From Eledone cirrhosa (Eukaryota): a stretch of DNA of 64,000 nucleotides. Shown here one piece after another: positions 45,001 to 55,304 of the stretch (the stretch's first letter is position 1; every line of letters begins with the position of its first letter). The stretch is taken from contig OZ024744.1 of the NCBI GenBank assembly GCA_964016885.1, forward strand, positions 109,864,001 to 109,928,000, given 5' to 3'. The notes under the pieces were generated by a model. That model did no database searches. It had not been told where the DNA came from and was given only the letters and a program-made list of their open reading frames with translations. The position numbers and the translations under genes are program-made.

Positions 45001-48000
45001 CTGTCCATGTGTCTCTACCTCTCTGTCCCTGTGTCTATACCTCTCTGTCCCTGTGTCTCTACCTCTCTGTCCCTGTGTCTCTACCTCTCTGTCCATGCCT
45101 CTCTACCTCTCTGTCCATGTGTCTCTACCTCTCTGTCCCTGTGTCTCTACCTTTCTGTCCATGTGTCTCTACCTCTCTGTCCCTGTGTCTCTACCTCTCT
45201 GTCCCTGTGTCTCTACCTCTCTGTCCATGTCTCTCTACCTCTCTGTCCATGTGTCTCTACCTCACTGTCCATGTCTCTCTACCTCTCTGTCCATGTGTCT
45301 CTACCTCTCTGTCCCTGTGTCTCTACCTTTCTGTCCATGTGTCTCTACCTCTCTGTCCCTGTGTCTCTACCTCTCTGTCCCTGTGTCTCTACCTCTCTGT
45401 CCATGTGTCTCTACCTCCCTGTCCCTGTGTCTCTACCTCTCTGTCCATGTGTCTCTACCTCTCTGTCCGTGTGTGTCTACCTCTCTGTCCACGTGTCTCT
45501 ACCTCTCTGTCCATGTGTCTCTACCTCTCTGTCCATGTGTCTCTACCTCCCTGTCCCTGTGTCTCTACCTCTCTGTCCATGTGTCTCTACCTCTCTGTCC
45601 GTGTGTGTCTACCTCTCTGTCCACGTGTCTCTACCTCTCTGTCCATGTGTCTCTAACTCACTGTCCATGTGTCTCTACCTCTCTGTCCATGTCTCTCTAC
45701 CTCTCTGTCCATGTGTCTCTACCTCTCTGTCCCTGTCTCTCTACCTCACTGTCCATGTGTCTCTACCTCTCTGTCCATGTGTCTCTACCTCTCTGTCCAT
45801 GTGTCTCTACCTCTCTGTCCCTGTGTCTCTACCTCTCTGTCCATGTCTCTCTACCTCTCTGTCCATGTCTCTCTACCTCACTGTACATGTCTCTCTACCT
45901 CTCTGTCCCTGTGTCTCTACCTCTCTGTCCATATGTCTCTACCTCTCTGTCCCTGTGTCTCTACCTCTCTGTCCATATGTCTCTACCTCTCTGTCCCTGT
46001 GTCTCTACCTCTCTGTCCATGTGTCTCTACCTCACTGTCCATGTGTCTCTACCTCTCTGTCCATATGTCTCTACCTCTCTGTCCCTGTGTCTCTACCTCA
46101 CTGTCCATGTGTCTCTACCTCTCTGTCCATGTGTCTCTACCTCTCTGTCCCTGTGTCTCTACCTCACTGTCCATGTGTCTCTACCTCACTGTCCATGTGT
46201 CTCTACCTCTCTGTCCATGTGTCTCTACCTCTCTGTCCATGTGTCTCTACCTCTCTGTCCCTGTGTCTCTACCTCTCTGTCCCAGTGTCTCTACCTCTCT
46301 GTCCATGTGTCTCTACCTCTCTGTCCATGTCTCTCTACCTCTCTGTCCATGTCTCTCTACCTCACTGTACATGTCTCTCTACCTTTCTGTCCCTGTGTCT
46401 CTACCTCTCTGTCCCTGTGTCTCTACCTCTCTGTCCATGTGTCTCTACCTCTCTGTCCATGTGTCTCTATTTCTCTGTCCCTGTGTCTCTACCTCTCTGT
46501 CCATGTGTCTCTACCTGTCTGTCCCTGTGTCTCTACCTCTCTGTCCCTGTGTCTCTACCTCTCTGTCCCTCTGTCTCTACCTCTCTGTCCATGTGTCTCT
46601 ATTTCTCTGTCCATGTGTCTCTACCTCTCTGTCCCTGTGTCTCTACCTCTCTGTCCCTGTGTCTCTACCTCTCTGTCCCTGTGTCTCTACCTCTCTGTCC
46701 ATGTGTCTCTACCTCTCTGTCCATGTGTCTCTACCTCTCTGTCCATGTGTCTCTACCTCTCTGTCCCTGGATCTCTACCTTCATTTCCCTGTGTCTCTAC
46801 CTCTCTGTCCCTGTGTCTCTACCTCTCTGTCCCTGTGTCTCTACCTCTCTGTCCCTGTGTCTCTACCTCTCTGTCCCTGTGTCTCTACCTCTCTGTCCAT
46901 GTCTCTCTACCTCACTGTCCCTGTGTCTCTACCTCTCTGTCCCTGTGTCTCTACCTTTCTGTCCATGTGGCTCTACCTCTCTGTCCATGTGTCTCTACCT
47001 CTCTGTCCATGTCTCTCTACCTCTCTGTCCATGTCTCTCTACCTCTCTGTCCATGTGTCTCTACCTCTCTGTCCATGTCTCTCTACCTCTCTGTCCATGA
47101 GTCTCTACCTCTCTGTCCATGTGTCTCTACCTCTCTGTCCATGTCTCTCTACCTCTCTGTCCATGAGTCTCTACCTCTCTGTCCATGTCTCTCTACCTCT
47201 CTGTCCATGTGTCTCTACCTCTCTGTCCCTGTGTCTCTACCTCTCTGTCCATGTCTCTCTACCTCTCTGTCCATGTCTCTCTACCTCTCTGTCCATGTCT
47301 CTCTACCTCTCTGTCCCTGTGTCTCTACCTCTCTGTCCATGTGTCTCTACCTCTCTGTCCATGTGTCTCTACCTCTCTGTCCCTGTGTCTATACCTCTCT
47401 GTCCCTGTGTCTCTACCTCTCTGTCCCTGTGTCTCTACCTCTCTGTCCATGCCTCTCTACCTCTCTGTCCATGTGTCTCTACCTCTCTGTCCCTGTGTCT
47501 CTACCTTTCTGTCCATGTGTCTCTACCTCTCTGTCCCTGTGTCTCTACCTCTCTGTCCCTGTGTCTCTACCTCTCTGTCCATGTCTCTCTACCTCTCTGT
47601 CCATGTGTCTCTACCTCACTGTCCATGTCTCTCTACCTCTCTGTCCATGTGTCTCTACCTCTCTGTCCCTGTGTCTCTACCTTTCTGTCCATGTGTCTCT
47701 ACCTCTCTGTCCCTGTGTCTCTACCTCTCTGTCCCTGTGTCTCTACCTCTCTGTCCATGTCTCTCTACCTCTCTGTCCCTGTGTCTCTACCTCTCTGTCC
47801 ATGTCTCTCTACCTCTCTGTCCCTGTGTCTCTACCTCTCTGTCCATGCCTCTCTACCTCTCTGTCCATGTGTCTCTACCTCTCTGTCCATGTCTCTCTAC
47901 CTCTCTGTCCCTGTGTCTCTACCTCTCTGTCCCTGTGTCTCTACCTCTCTGTCCATGTCTCTCTACCTCTCTGTCCATGTCTCTCTATCTCACTGTACAT

Positions 48001-50464
48001 GTCTCTCTACCTCTCTGTCCCTGTGTCTCTACCTCTCTGTCCCTGTGTCTCTACCTCACTGTCCATGTGTCTCTACCTCTCTGTCCATGTCTCTCTACCT
48101 CACTGTACATGTCTCTCTACCTCTCTGTCCCTGTGTCTCTACCTCTCTGTCCATGTGTCTCTACCTCACTGTCCCTGTCTCTCTACCTCTCTGTCCATGT
48201 CTCTCTACCTCTCTGTCCTTGTGTCTCTACCTCTCTGTCCCTGTGTCTCTACCTTTCTGTCCATGTGTCTCTACCTCTCTGTCCCTGTGTCTCTACCTCT
48301 CTGTCCATGTGTCTCTACCTCTCTGTCCCTGTCTCTCTACCTCTCTGTCCATGTCTCTCTACCTCCCTGTCCCTGTGTCTCTACCTCTCTGTCCATGTGT
48401 CTCTACCTCACTGTCCATGTCTCTCTACCTCTCTGTCCCTGTGTCTCTACCTCTCTGTCCATGTCTCTCTACCTCTCTGTCCCTGTCTCTCTACCTCTCT
48501 GTCCATGTCTCTCTACCTCCCTGTCCCTGTGTCTCTACCTCTCTGTCCCTGTGTCTCTACCTCCCTGTCCCTGTGTCTCTACCTCTCTGTCCCTGTGTCT
48601 CTACCTCTCTGTCCATGTGTCTCTACCTCTCTGTCCATGTGTCTCTAGCTCTCTGTCCATGTGTCTCTACCTCTCTGTCCATGTGTCTCTACCTCTCTGT
48701 CCATGCCTCTCTACCTCTCTGTCCCTGTCTCTCTACCTCACTGTCCATGTGTCTCTACCTCTCTGTCCCTGTGTCTCTACCTCTCTGTCCGTGTGTCTCT
48801 ACCTCTCTGTCCATGTGTCTCTACCTCTCTGTCCCTGTGTCTCTACCTCACTGTCCATGTCTCTCTACCTCTCTGTCCCTGTGTCTCTACCTCACTGTCC
48901 ATGTGTCTCTACCTCTCTGTCCCTGTGTCTCTACCTCTCTGTCCCTGTGTCTCTACCTCTCTGTCCCTGTGTCTCTACCTCTCTGTCCATGTGTCTCTAC
49001 CTCTCTGTCCCTGTGTCTCTACCTCACTGTCCATGTGTCTCTACCTCTCTGTCCATGTGTCTCTACCTCTCTGTCCCTGTGTCTCTACCTCTCTGTCCCT
49101 GTCTCTACCTCTCTGTCCATGTCTCTCTACCTCACTGTCCATGTGTCTCTACCTCCCTGTCCCTGTGTCTCTACCTCTCTGTCAATGTGTCTCTACCTCT
49201 CTGTCCCTGTGTCTCTACCTCTCTGTCCCTGTGTCTCTACCTCTCTGTCCATGTGTCTCTACCTCTCTGTCCCTGTGTCTCTACCTCTCTGTCCCTGTGT
49301 CTCTACCTCCCTATTCCTGTCTCTACCTCTCTGTCCATGTGTCTCTACCTCACTGTCCATGTGTCTCTACCTCTCTGTCCATGTCTCTCTACCTCTCTGT
49401 CCATGTCTCTCTACCTCTCTGTCCATGTCTCTCTACCTCTCTGTCCCTTTGTCTCTACCTCTCTGTCCATGTGTCTCTACCTCTCTGTCCATGTGTCTCT
49501 ACCTCCCTGTCCCTGTGTCTCTACCTCACTGTCCATGTGTCTCTACCTCTCTGTCCATGCCTCTCTACCTCTCTGTCCATGTCTCTCTACCTCTCTGTCC
49601 CTGTGTCTCTACCTCTCTGTCCCTGTGTCTCTACCTCTCTGTCCATGTGTCTCTACCTCTCTGTCCCTGTGTCTCTACCTCTCTGTCCAAGTGTCTCTAC
49701 CTCACTGTCCCTGTGTCTCTACCTCTCTGTCCATGTGTCTCTACCTCACTGTCCATGTCTCTCTACCTCTCTGTCCCTGTGTCTCTACCTCCCTGTCCCT
49801 GTGTCTCTACCTCCCTGTCCCTGTGTCTCTACCTCTCTGTCCATGTGTCTCTACCTCTCTGTCCATGTGTCTCTACCTCCCTGTCCCTGTGTCTCTACCT
49901 CTCTGTCCATGTGTCTCTACCTCCCTGTCCCTGTGTCTCTACCTCTCTGTCCATGTGTCTCTACCTCTCTGTCCATGTCTCTCTACCTCTCTGTCCATGT
50001 GTCTCTACCTCACTGTCCCTGTGTCTCTACCTCTCTGTCCCTGTGTCTCTACCTCTCTGTCCCTGTGTCTCTACCTCACTGTCCATGTGTCTCTACCTCT
50101 CTGTCCCTGTGTCTCTACCTCTCTGTCCATGTGTCTCTACCTCTCTGTCCCTGTGTCTCTACCTCTCTGTCCATGTCTCTCTACCTCACTGTCCATGTGT
50201 CTCTACCTCTCTGTCCCTGTGTCTCTACCTCACTGTCCCTGTGTCTCTACCTCTCTGTCCTTGTGTCTCTACCTCTCTGTCCATGTGTCTCTACCTCTCT
50301 GTCCCTGTGTCTCTACCTCTCTGTCCCTGTGTCTCTACCTCTCTGTCCATGTCTCTCTACCTCTCTGTCCATGTCTCTCTACCTCACTGTCCCTGTGTCT
50401 CTACCTCTCTGTCCCTGTGTCTCTACCTCTCTGTCCCTGTGTCTCTACCTCTCTGTCCATGTGT
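1..50464. repeat. Giant 22-bp tandem satellite, consensus CTCTACCTC(T/A)CTGTCC(A/C)TGT(G/C)T, about 2,300 monomers; continues beyond the left edge of the window
   Basis: The 22-bp periodicity is directly visible throughout. Occasional 20-bp monomers occur (CTCTACCTCCCTGTCCCTGT, e.g. ~2742). The array ends abruptly at ...GTCCATGTGT|GCCTGTTTGTATA. Confidence 0.99.
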
Positions 50465-50842
50465 GCCTGTTTGTATATTTTATGTCAGTAACAATGCGGT
50501 TCTACAAAAAGAGATTGATAAAATAAGAATCAGATTTTTAAAAAAGTACTGACGTCGATATGAACGACTAAAACTCTACAGTGACTGCCCCGACATGGCC
50601 ACAATCAAAACCCCAGTGATAGTGAGTGACCCGACACGGCCACAATCAAACCCCCATTGACAACGAGTGACCCGACACGGCCACAATCAAACCCCTAGTG
50701 ACATTGAGTGCCCCGACACGGCCACAATCAAACCCCCAGTGACAGTGAGTGACCCGACATGGCCACAATCAAATACCCATTGACAGTGAGTGACCCGACA
50801 CGGCCACAATCAAATAAGTGAAACCAGTAAAAGAATAAAAGA
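50465..50842 (+). mobile_element. Decayed 3' half of a SINE-like element abutting the satellite end
   Basis: The string GTAAC..GCGGTTC..AAAAGAGA..GATA.AATAAG...GTCGAT..CGACTAAAA...CATGGCCACAATCAAA...TGAAACCAGTAAAAGAATAAAAGA resembles the 3' part of an abundant octopus SINE as I recall it. It ends in an A-rich (TAAAAGAA) tail. Not database-verified. Confidence 0.5.
50578..50815. repeat. 41-bp minisatellite, about 5.8 copies (ACAGTGAGTGACCCGACACGGCCACAATCAAACCCCCAGTG)
   Basis: Units start at 50578, 50619, 50660, 50701, 50742 and 50783, an exact 41-bp period. Confidence 0.95.
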
Positions 50843-51088
50843 ACATAGGACTCACGATATAAATTATATATTCAAATAAATAAAAAAATATATGACTTCA
50901 ATAAAACAATATTCTACTTCAATGAAAATTGCCAAGAAATACCGACTTTTAATTAATTAACCAAATTTCATAAGTTTTACCTTTAAAATAAAATATCTTC
51001 TGTATACACTATACATGTTTGTTGTCGGGTGCTACAGGAAAGATATGGCAGATAAATTACTAACTTCAGATTTCACATAACGTCGCAA

Positions 51089-51445
51089 GGTGGTTGATTT
51101 AGACAGAGTCGTTCAGAGCCTCTGTATTCTGAGTTCAAATCCCACTGAAGTCCACTTTGCCTTTCATATTTTAGGGTTGTTGATGTTGTTGTTCTTCTCT
51201 TTCTTCTGCACGCACTTCTTCCTGGAAGAGTCATGAGGGCAGAGTCCCAATGCCTGCACTGCATTCCAACTGGTTCTATCAGAAGTAACTGCCTCCAATT
51301 AATCCCACTGGATCCCAAAGTGAGACTAGCGAAGCTGAAGGATGTTATCCAACCATTTTGCTCAGGGTCTTCTGCAGGTTGGTTTTACCCGTAAAATCAT
51401 TTAGGGATCGATGAAAAAAAACAGTACCAGCCCGTGTTTGGGGCT
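51089..51445 (+). mobile_element. Old tRNA-derived SINE split by an RTE fragment insertion
   Basis: B-box GAGTTCAAATCC (~51131) is followed by ACTTTGCCTTTCAT. After the insert the sequence resumes as TTTAGGGATCGATGAAAA..AGTACCAG, matching the SINE body at 55786-56343. Confidence 0.75.
51177..51399 (-). mobile_element. 5'-truncated 3' end of an RTE-clade (Expander/Rex3-like) LINE with (CAA)n tail
   Basis: The minus-strand translation RRP*AKWLDNILQLR*SHFGIQWD*LEAVTSDRTSW resembles the RTE C-terminus (GRP..RW.D...LE....DR..W). It has a (CAA)n-like tail and is flanked by TTTAGGG at 51170-51176 and 51400-51406. Confidence 0.7.
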
Positions 51446-51720
51446 GTCGTTTTTCCTTCCAGCTGCCACATCAAGGATGTTTCACTGGTTCATAGAAAGG
51501 AAAGTCAAGAGAGGGGTTGTGTCTGTTCGTCATTACATGAGCACCTAAAATCTTTAATGAAAGCAAGGTACATACTATCAAGTCACACTCGATTGCTAGC
51601 GACGGCTGTACTGACATACCAAGTATTTGTTAATTTCCAATCTCCATATCTGAGTAAATTTATTCCACTATTGAACCAGCTGATCAAACTCAATTTGACA
51701 TTTCTATGTATCTCCCCCTG

Positions 51721-52671
51721 ACATACATACACACACATACACATACATACATACATACATACATACATACATACATACATACATACATACATAGATACAT
51801 ACATACATACATACATACATACACACATACATACATACATATATACACACATACATACATACATATATACACACATACATACATACATACATACACACAC
51901 ACATACATACACACATACATACATACATACATACATACATACATACAGGCATACATACATACATACATACATACATACATACATACATACATACATACAT
52001 ACATACATACATACACACATTCATACATACATACAGGCATACATACATACATACATACATACATACATACATACATACATACACACATACATACACGCAT
52101 ACACACATACACACATACATACATACATACACACATACATACATATATACATACATACATACATACACATACACACATACACACATACATACATACATAC
52201 ATACATACACACATACATACATACATACATACATACATACACACATACATACATACATACACACATTCATACATACACGCATACATACATACATACATAC
52301 ATACACGCATACACACATACACACATACATACATACATACATACATACATGCATACACACATACACACATACATACATACATACATACATACACGCATAC
52401 ATACACGCATACATACACACATACATACATACATACACACATTCATACATACATACATACATACATACATACACACATACATACATACATAAATACATAC
52501 ATACATACACACACATACATACACACATACATACATACATACATACATACATACACACATACATACATACATACCCACATACACACATACATACACACAC
52601 ACATACATACATACATACTCACATACATACACACATACATACATACATACATACATACATACATACATGCA

Positions 52672-52703
<32 letters not shown>

Positions 52704-53063
52704 CATACATACATAGATACATACATATACATACATATACATACATACATACATACATACACACATACACATACATACTCACATACATACATACATACAT
52801 ACATACATACATACATACATACATACAGGCAGACATACACACACACACACATACATACACACATACATAATACATACATACATACATACACACATACATA
52901 CACACACATACATACATACATACACACATACATACATACATACACACACACATACATACACACATACATACATACATACATACATATATACATACATACA
53001 TACACACACACATACATACATACATACATACATGCAGACATACATACATACATACATACATAC
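51721..53063. repeat. (ATAC)n compound microsatellite with (AC)n interruptions, ~1.34 kb
   Basis: Directly visible. Confidence 0.98.
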
Positions 53064-53812
53064 GGGATACATAAGGGATATCTCTATGCAATACAGGAAC
53101 AAGAACTCCCTACCAAATATCTGCTGCACAAAAGAGGAGGGCCAGCAGCTGACAATAAATGTAGGCTATGTAAAACAAAGATCGAGGATGTTAGCCACAT
53201 TGTTGCCAGCTGCGAAAGAATGTCATCTCGCTACTACCTCCCCATGAGACACGATGGGATAGCTAGAACTATCTGGAACGCACTTCGGAAAACAAAATTA
53301 ACAACAAACGAGGAAGAATATATTGAGACAGATGGCACTAAGGAATACTGGTGGAACCTGAAAATAAAAACTGCCACCAAATTAAAGCACAACCGGCCTG
53401 ATATTGTAGTTTGGGACCACACATTGAAAACGTGTTCTGTTGTGGAGATCAGCTGCCCACTTGATGTAAACGTTGTCAGAAAAATACAGGAGAAGGAGGA
53501 CATCTACGGACCATTGATGAGGAGTTTACAAATCCAGTATCCAAGATACACCTTTAGCTTCATACCCATCATTATTGGTGCTACGGGTTATACACCAACC
53601 CGCTTGGACCAAAGTATGACTGAACTTGGATTTGCGGACAAAAAGCGCAGCTCCCTAATTCATAGTCTACAAATGGCTGCGATAGCTGGCACCTTCAAAA
53701 TTTGCAAAACATTCTTGCGATTCAAGGGATGACAATTTCTTTTCTTTTACAACCTTGCCACCAGGAAGGTGGCCGGTCAATATAATATACTCAAAATTAA
53801 GAGAAAGAGAAA
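53064..53812 (+). mobile_element. 5'-truncated R4/Dong-type non-LTR retrotransposon (CCHC knuckle + restriction-like endonuclease + short 3' UTR) embedded in (ATAC)n
   Basis: The frame is open from ~53070 to the stop at 53732: GYLYAIQEQELPTKYL..CRLCKTKIEDVSHIVASC..RHD..NRPDIVVWD..VEISCP..PIIIGATG. A 3' UTR hairpin GCCACC-AGGAA-GGTGGC lies at 53757-53773. (ATAC)n is present on both sides. Confidence 0.9.
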
Positions 53813-53867
53813 ACATACATACACACATACATACATACATACATACATACATACATACATACATACA

Positions 53868-53899
<32 letters not shown>

Positions 53900-53970
53900 G
53901 GCAGACATACATAATACATACATACATACATACATACATACATACATACATACAGGGAGACATACATACA
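53813..53970. repeat. (ATAC)n microsatellite
   Basis: Directly visible. It lies between the REL LINE 3' end and the RTE-derived element 3' end. Confidence 0.97.
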
Positions 53971-54560
53971 TGGTGGCTGCCAACTCGTTTTCGAGTATGG
54001 CCACTACTTTATATCCATGTAGGAGAACTCCTACCGATGCGCTGAACGAGTGTGACATTTTAGTCCAGCTAGCGACTTGAAAACTCTGGTACAAACACTA
54101 CACTTGTGACAATTATTGACACATAGTGCTGGGCCCATGGTTCCATGTGACGACAAGTGCAGAGAGATCTCCAGATATAAAGCAATGCCTGTGCCGTGAA
54201 GCTTTTATAGTGAGCAAAGGCACTGCACAAAGCCAGTCCCACTCTCTTAACCAAGATGATATTTACCAAAAAGAAGAACAAGTCAACATTATTGGATACT
54301 ATCAGGGTTGCAGGTGTTATATCAGAGTTTTCCTTCTCCTAGAATTCTGCCTTTACAAAGGCTAAGGGGTCATCTCTCCCGGTGATTTTGGATGGCCATT
54401 GACTCTTTGACAGGTTTTGTTTTTAGTCCTGCAGGATGTCCAAAGTCACCCTCCTCACCAAGAAACCTTGGTGGGGTTGCCAGTTTAGTCGCCAACGACC
54501 CGACCATGAGACAGGTTGTACTGGGATACATGTTACCAGTAGCACCAACTGGTGACCTGA
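53971..54560 (-). mobile_element. ~590-bp non-autonomous bipartite RTE derivative (RTE-like 5' UTR fused to RTE 3' end) with (TATG)n tail
   Basis: The 3' part encodes a C2H2-finger remnant (CSVCTRVFKSLAGLKxHTRSAH) typical of RTE/BovB C-termini, has a terminal stem-loop ACTCG-AAAA-CGAGT, then (TATG)n. The 5' part contains CTAGGAGAAGGAAAACTCTGAT and GGCGACTAAAC, recalled from RTE 5' UTRs. No APE or RT coding sequence lies between the two parts. Confidence 0.65.
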
Positions 54561-55136
54561 CATACATACATACATACATACATACATACATACATACATA
54601 CATACATACATACATACACGCATACATACATACATACACACATATATACATACACACATACATACACACATACATACATACACACATACACACATACATA
54701 CATACATACATACATACATACATACATACATACATACATACATACATACACACATACATACATACATACATACATACATACATACACACATACATACACA
54801 CACACATACATACACACATACATACATACATACATACATACATACATACATACATACACACATACATACACACATACACACATACATACATACATACATG
54901 CATACATACAGACATACATACACACATACATACATACATACATTCATACATACACACATACATACATACATACATACATACATACTACATACACACATAC
55001 ATACATACACACACATACATACATACATACATACATACATACATACATACATACATACATACATGCATATATACATACATACATACATACATACACACCC
55101 TACACTCCACACTCCACACATACATACATACATACA
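54561..55136. repeat. (ATAC)n microsatellite
   Basis: Directly visible. Confidence 0.97.
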
Positions 55137-55304
55137 TGGTGGCTGCCAACTCGTTTTCGAGTACGGCCACTACTTTATATCCATGTAGGAGAACCCTTAC
55201 CGATGCGCTGAACGAGTGTGACTTTTTAGTCCAGCCAGCGACTTGAAAACTCTGGTACAAACACTACACCTGTGACAATTACTGACACATAGTGCTGGGC
55301 CCAT
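55137..55304 (-). mobile_element. Second, 168-bp 5'-truncated copy of the RTE-derived 3' end, flanked by (ATAC)n on both sides
   Basis: Aligns ungapped to 53971-54138 with 7 substitutions by eye (~96%). It has the same zinc-finger remnant and the same hairpin (55149-55162). Confidence 0.88.

Noticed and set aside
12-50552. Giant + strand ORFs (up to 7,639 aa) of SLPLCPCVSTSLSMCLYLSVHV repeats
   Set aside because: They arise because the 22-bp monomer lacks stop codons on +. All three frames give the same peptide, indels switch frames freely, and there is no unique domain or codon-position bias.
50578-50815. CRISPR-like look of the 41-bp repeat (constant core plus variable part)
   Set aside because: The variable parts are only ~15 nt and homologous to one another, there are no cas genes, and the context is eukaryotic. 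It is a minisatellite.
51170-51406. Telomeric repeat or telomere-targeted insertion
   Set aside because: Only two isolated TTAGGG hexamers, explained as a TSD within a diverged SINE core; there is no telomeric array.
55197-55304. Host C2H2 zinc-finger gene exon
   Set aside because: The single finger is followed by a stop, a stem-loop and a (TATG)n tail, and is duplicated at 53971-54138. This fits an RTE retroelement C-terminus.
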